A DNA stretch of 64,000 nt from NCBI GenBank assembly GCA_965112735.1, contig OZ218958.1, forward strand, positions 806,001 to 870,000, written 5' to 3'. Source of the DNA: Phaeosaccion multiseriatum (lineage: Eukaryota > Protista > Ochrophyta, other classes). The notes under the pieces are model-generated. The model was given only the letters and a program-made list of their open reading frames with translations, made no database searches and was not told where the DNA came from. Shown one piece after another: positions 58,126 to 64,000 of this stretch (the stretch's first letter is position 1; each line of letters opens with the position of its first letter). A program made the translations under genes and the position numbers.

Positions 58126-59110
58126 CACGCACCCACCCACACACACACGCGCACACATTCACGCACCCACACGCACCCAACATTCCCCCACTCACACCTC
58201 CACGTTCACTCACAGTCTCAAGTCTTTTGTCTCCAGTCGCAGGCCTATCCACTTCAGCGCCATCTGTCCCTCTCTAGTACATGTGCCCTACCATCTTGTT
58301 CCACCTTCATTCCAGGGCCTTGTGGCATACTTAGTCTTATGTAACTTTTCTCCGCCCCCCTCCGTCCCTCCCTCTCACCCTCCCATTCGCGGCTCATTCA
58401 CACTGTGACGCGTGATGTCCTGTCGTGTGTTGTGTGACCGCCAAACTTACTACCAACCGCTCCACCAAAACGGCTCTCAACTCTCAACCCAACGGCTCAA
58501 ACCCCCCACTCAGCTTCTTTTTCGTGGACAGCAGCAACTCCAACGGCACCGTGCAAGAAGTGCTTGTTCGCCTTCCCTTACCCTCCCCTCACATGGAGGG
58601 GGCCATCTTCCCTCAAGGCTTTGGGCCCGACTTTTCCCTCTCCGTGGGCGTCTATGTGCGAGATGCCTTTGACTGCGCCGCACGGGAGGTGGCCAGCGTC
58701 ACCGCGCTGCCCTTTGTAGGAAGCGCGAGTGCGTTAGGCTCCACAACACGTGATAAGATGGAGGAGAGGGTTAGCACAGGCGACACCGCAGGTGTACTCA
58801 TGGTGACGCAGGCTGCCGCAGCTGCTCTGGGGTCTACGAATTGCACGCTGGCAACCAACTGTGCGGCGCTGCGCAGGGGAGAATGCTTTGATACGACGCA
58901 CACGTGTGGGGCGTGTTTGTCAGCGGAAGATGTGGGCCTGTCTGGCTCGGCGAATGTTGCTTGCGTCAGGGCCGCTGACTTGGGAGAGACGTGTGTGAAT
59001 GGCGAATTGGACGGGGATGAGGAGGAGGTGGACTGTGGCGGCTCCTGCCCTGCGGCTTGTATAGTAACGGCGGGGAGTGGGAGAGGGAGAAGGGCAATGG
59101 AATGGCAGGA

Positions 59111-59142
<32 letters not shown>

Positions 59143-62100
59143 GAGGAGGAGGAGGAGGAGGGAGAGGTGGAGGAGGAGGCGTCTTCAGGATGGGTCGTTT
59201 GCAACCACAGGCTGTGTGGACGACTGTTGGAATCAAGGCACCTGTCTTATTTACGACGTCAATGCCAATGTTGTCGACTTCTGCCCTAGCAGCACCGCCG
59301 AGGAGGAGGAGGAGGAGGAGGGGCAGGGGAGCGAGGGAGGAGAAGGAGGAGGAGGAGGAGGAGGAGGAGGAGGAGCATTGGCTAGCGTGGGAGAGGCAAC
59401 ATGTCTGTACCGCTGCACCTGTGACGAAGGCTTTTACGGCGCGGCGTGTCAGTACACTGCGGAGGAATTCGAGGAGGTGCGGGGCATAAGAGACTCTGTC
59501 TTCGGCTCCGTCGAGGGTGTGTATAACGGCACCACCATCAGCGGAGCGGAGGAAAGGGGCCAGGTGCGTGCGTGCGTGCGTGCGTGTGTGTGTGGGTGTG
59601 GGTGTGGGTGCGTGTGTGTGGTGTGTATGGGTGTGTGTGCATATGTTTTGTGTGTGTGGGTGTGGGTGTGGGTGTGGGTGTGGACATACCCCCTCATCTA
59701 CTGCCACTGTGAATCCATTGAAATGCTGATTAGCTTCTCAAATCTAATCGAATCTCCCCCCCCCTCCCTTCGCCTCCTCCTGCTCCTCCTCCTGCTCCTC
59801 CTCCTGCTCCTCCTCCTGCTCCTCCTCCTGCTCCTCCTCCTGCTCCTCCTCCTGCTCCTCCTCCTGCTCCTCCTCCTCCTCCTCCTCCTCCTCCTCCTCC
59901 TCCTCCTCCTCCTCCTCCTCCTCCTCCTCCTCCTTCTCCTCCTCCTCCTCCTCCTCCTCCTCCTCCTCCTCCTCCTCCTCTTCCTCCTTCTCCTTCTCCT
60001 CCTCCTCCTCCTCCCCCCCCTCCCTTCAGTTTGCCTCCTCTCTAAAGGCCCAATCGAGCGTCCCTGCCGAGCTCTCTGACCAAGTCACCATCGGTCTCGT
60101 TCGTCTCGCCTCCACCCTCTCCTCCTCTGCTGCTCGAGACACTGAACCGATGGAGGACTCGCCTACCCAAGCCCTCATTGAAAGCCTTGACAACGTCCTT
60201 TCGGGTGATGATGCAGGCGGGGTGGTGGGGGCCAATGTGTTGCAGTGTGCGATGAAGAATGCGGTGGCGGCGCTACCTGTGGGGTATGTGCCCGGGGAAG
60301 CCCCGAGGGAGATTGCGGCTCGAAACGTCAGGGTGAGTCTTTGAGTTAGATTAGAGTTCGGTCGTCGTCGAGGATGTAGTGAAGTTGGTGCCTCACCTCA
60401 CCTCACCTCACCACACGACACCACGCCTCATGTCCTCTCCTCTCCCCTCCCCTCCCCTCCCCTCCCCTCCCCTCCCCTCCCCTCCCCTCCCCTCCCCTCC
60501 CCTCCCCTCCCCTCCCCTCCCCTCCCCTCCCCTCCCCTCCCCTCCCCTCCCCTCCCCTCCCCTCCCCTCCCCTCCCCTCCCCTCCCCTCCCCTTCCCTCC
60601 CCTCCCCTCCCCTCCCCTCCCCTTCCCTCCCCTCCCCTCCCCCTCCCCCTCACCCCACGTCACCCTACCCTCAGGTAACGGCAGGTCAGTACAGCGCGAG
60701 TCAACTGCGCGACAGCCCCATCTCCGTCCCTCTCACTGCTGCGGAAGAGGCCGCCATCGCGGCGAGAGTTGGGGGTCGGATGAGGCCCAAGTCTGCCTTC
60801 TCGCTGAGCAACGTGGAGGGGCTGCAGGACGTTACGACTGTCGGGGCCACGCAGTTTTCGGTCAACATTTACAGACAGGTGAGCTGGAACTTTTGACCCT
60901 CTCGTGGTTTTTGTTGCGACGGCCCCTGTTTCGCTCAGTCTCTTACGCATACTTCCTCACCGACTCAACTCGCTCATCTCACTCAGCTCAATGCATCTAT
61001 AACCCCGTTCACTGACCCAGTGCACTGACCCAGTTCACTCCCTCGTACCCCACCGCGTTCTCACATCTTCTCTCACTCAATTCACTCAATTCAACCCAGC
61101 CACTCACCCACCCACTCACCTCACACCCCCCCCTCCCTCACCCCCTTCCTCCCTCCCTCACCCATCTACCCACCCACCCACCCCGCCTACGCAGGAGTTC
61201 GACGCGAGTACGTCTGCGGCCTCTCCCATTCTGAGTGTGTCTGTGGATAGAGGAGGAGGCGCCGATGACCTCGTTTGCGACCCTGAGGAGCCTCTTACAG
61301 ATGGCAGCAGCAGGGGCAGTCTTGACACCACCAACAATCTTGACACCAACAGCCCTGACCCCAACAGCAGCGGCGCATTCACAGATGGTGGCAGCAGCGG
61401 TATGAGGAGGAGGAGGAGGAGAGGGCTGCAGGAGGAGGATGGCAGTGGAAGTGGTGGCCCTGGCCTGGGGGGCACGTTTGGGGTCGTTTACGGCCCTGGC
61501 CTGGGGGGCAGCTCGGGGGTCGTTTACGACCCTCAAGCCGCCCCCCGGGAGGGAGCTCGGAGACCCTGGGGGGAGGTGACCACAACCCGGGAGGGAGGAT
61601 TGGGGGGAGGTGACCACAACGTGTGAGTGGGGTGACGTCAGCACTCACAGTGTGGAATGTTTCTATCAAGACGGAAGTGGCGGATGGGAGACTGTGGAAG
61701 TGTCCTGCGACGGCACACGGGAAGTGCACACGGTCCAATGCGCGCCGCCTTACGAAGATGTGAGTGGGTGTGAGTGGGTGTGAGTGGGTGTGAGTGGGTG
61801 TGAGTGGGGGTGAGTGGGGGTGAGTGAAGGGGTGTGTGTGCTTGTGTGCGGAGTATTACACACTCCTGTCTCAATCAATCTTTCTTCCCTTCATCTTCAA
61901 TCACATGACCCAAACTACATCCCCTCAGTCTCCTCACCTCCTCTCCTCATATGCTGTCTTACGTGTCTACACATGCTTGTGTACGTGTGTGTGTACGTGT
62001 GTGTGTGTTTACGTACACATGCTTATGTATGTCTGTCTCTGTGTGTGTCTGTCTCACAGCCTGCGTGTGCCCATTGGGATGGAGCCGTCAGTGAGTGGAG

Positions 62101-63794
62101 CACCAACCGCTGCAGTCTCGTCTCCTTCGAGGGTAACTCTATCCGATGTGAATGCGAGGCAGATCTCCTGGACCAAGCCGAGTCCACAGCCTTCACAAGC
62201 ACTCTCGTGCAGGTGGAGGGGGAGTTTACGAGTGTGGTCAGTGCGGCGGCGCTGACCGATGCCGAGAGGTGAGAACAGGCGTGTGAGGAGGGGGGGGGTT
62301 TGGGAAGGATAGGAGGGGATACAGGTGGAAGAAGGGGGAAGGGGCTTGCAAGTTGGTGGTTTGGTGTTGTGCCCTTCCCTCACACACTCACATTGCGGTG
62401 TTGTGATGCTCTATCGCACCCTCACGTTCCCACACCCTCACTTGTTGGTGATACATCACACCCTCACAGCTTCGAGCGCAACCCCGCTGGCACGAGTTTC
62501 GTGGCAGGGCTGATCGGTGTCACCCTCCTCTGCTGCGTCATTGGAGCTTCTTTGGACCGGGGAGAAAAACGCAGGGAGGAGCAGGAGGAGCAGGAGGAGC
62601 AGGAGGAGCAGGAGCAGCAGTTAGTGATACAGCAGCAGGAGGAGGAGGCGTTGGCAGCCCAGCAGCAGCAGCAGCTCCCAGAGGAGAATGGCTATCGATA
62701 TTCCCCAGGGGGGCCTTTGTTGGCCGCGAAAGGAGGCGGAGTGGCACTGGGCAGTGGGGCGGCGGCGGTGTGGGTTGGTGGTACGACGGCCTCGACGACA
62801 ACTGTGAAGCACGTGCAACCAGGCAACCCTCTGTCCAAGCACAGGGGTGGGGCTTCCGCGCTCGACTTGAAGTTGACTCGCAGTCAGAGCGTCGCTGTAT
62901 TGCCACCTTCGCAACAAGAGCGAGGGCGGTTCGATGATCAGGGAAATGAGGGAGGTCCGGGGAAGGCCTCCTCCTCCTTGGTCTTGGCCTTGCCAAGTGA
63001 GGGGAGTGAGAGGAGGATGAGGTCGGAGGAGGTGGATGTGGATGTGGATGGGGCCATGGCGGATACGGCGGCGGCATCTGTGAAAGTGGCGGAGCTGGAC
63101 GAGCTTGGGGGCTTTTGGCACACCCTCGTTTCGAGGCATTTCTTGCTCACTCCGGTGCCGTACAACAGGTCAGAGAGAGAGAGGGGGGGAGAGAGAAGAG
63201 GGGAGATGGAGAGACGTGTCGAATCGATGGATCGATGGATTACCCCACACCACACACCCCGTCTTTCTACGGCTGAGCACCAGAGACCGGTGCACGCACG
63301 CACGCCTGCGCGCCTGCCCTTCTCTCTCTCTCTCTCTGTTGCTCCCTCCCTGCACTCTCTTGCTGTCGTCCATTCCACCCTTCCATCATTTCTATCGTGC
63401 TCCCTTCCTCTGTTTCTCACCTCTCCTCCCCTCTCTTCCTCTCTCAAATCTCTCCCATCATCTGTTAAACAACCCCCCCCCCCCCCCCCCCCCCCCACCA
63501 CCACCACCACCCCACCCGCACACATTATATGCAATCAAGCAGTGAGGTGTCACGCGTGAAGCGCATCGCTTGGATTTTCATCAACCTCTCGTGTCTACTT
63601 GTGGCAGAGGCAATCTTCTTCGTCGTAGAGAGCGGAGACGAGCGCCTCACCAACTGTGAGAGCCTGTCCACCCCCGAAGCCTGCCGTGACAAGGCCACCC
63701 CGACAGGCAGCGCAGCGTGCGAGTGGGAGTTTCAGAGTCAGTCGTGTCGCTTCATCCCACCTCCCAATGACTTCTATCTCATCATTCAGACAAG
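50842..63794 (+). CDS. Giant polycystin-1-like surface protein (signal peptide, tandem repeats, REJ, Cys-rich/EGF, GPS motif, TM helices); continues past the window and has two possible frame breaks
   Basis: Exon 1 (50842-50911) encodes signal peptide MRVFSWAALLLGVVHQSFHSSIA. Exon 2 spans 51038-56093. REJ hallmarks TLDASDSD, LQFRWTC, VNDPPVSGSLSVEP, WTDNPEDLPLRY, VRDAFD. EGF-like CTCDEGFYGAAC. GPS CAHWDGAVSEWSTNRC..IRCEC (62060-62268). TM1 at ~62490-62550 and SRVKRIAW at ~63550. Confidence 0.8.
51091..55941 (+). repeat. Six in-frame tandem coding repeats (periods 756, 816, 816, 816, 786 bp)
   Basis: Units start at 51091, 51847, 52663, 53479, 54295 and 55081 (WLVYG/WLVFG). Inner copies differ by scattered substitutions only. 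Confidence 0.97.
60441..60650. repeat. (CCCCT)n pentanucleotide array, intronic
   Basis: Directly visible. Confidence 0.95.
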
Positions 63795-63802
63795 GTATAC
63801 GG

Positions 63803-64000
63803 CTGCCTGTATGCCTGCCCGTATGCCTGCCCATACACCTGCCCATATACCTGCCCATATACCTGCCTGTATGCCTGCCCATATGCCTGCCTGTATGGCT
63901 GCCTGTATGCCTGCCCATGTGCCTGCCCATGTACCTGCCTGTATACTTGCCTGTATGCCTGCCCATACACCTTCCCATATACCTGCCCATATACCTTCCC
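63803..64000. repeat. 12-bp minisatellite (ATRCCTGCCYRT)n, intronic
   Basis: Directly visible after the donor at 63794. Confidence 0.9.

Overview
Eukaryotic nuclear DNA, most likely from a photosynthetic stramenopile (ochrophyte). Three genes carry bipartite signal-peptide/ASAFAP-type plastid presequences. Genes are intron-rich and the introns are packed with microsatellites. I traced exons by hand, checking GT(GC)-AG boundaries and phase. Genes in order: 3' part of a UBXN7-like UBX protein (+), a ~2990-aa Nup214-like FG nucleoporin (-), a plastid saccharopine-dehydrogenase-like oxidoreductase (+), a TRIC/TMEM38 cation channel (-), DEAD-box helicase DBP3 (+), presequence protease PreP (-), a hypothetical protein (+), a plastid PDZ protein (+), and the 5' part of a very large polycystin-1-like REJ/GPS membrane protein (+) with six ~0.8-kb near-identical coding repeats. 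Between these genes lie orphan 3' fragments of an acyl-CoA synthetase and a prolyl 4-hydroxylase, and a decayed RLE-type non-LTR retrotransposon next to a (CA)n tract. The least explained signals are two dispersed DNA words. GTTGGTGATAC sits mostly inside (CAG)n runs in exons (several frames), introns and intergenic DNA. GGATGGCAGTGGA is oriented relative to splice sites. There is also a 34-nt candidate nascent intron formed by AG|GT duplication. Most ORFs in the supplied track are microsatellite artefacts. No database searches were run, so family calls rest on recognised motifs.
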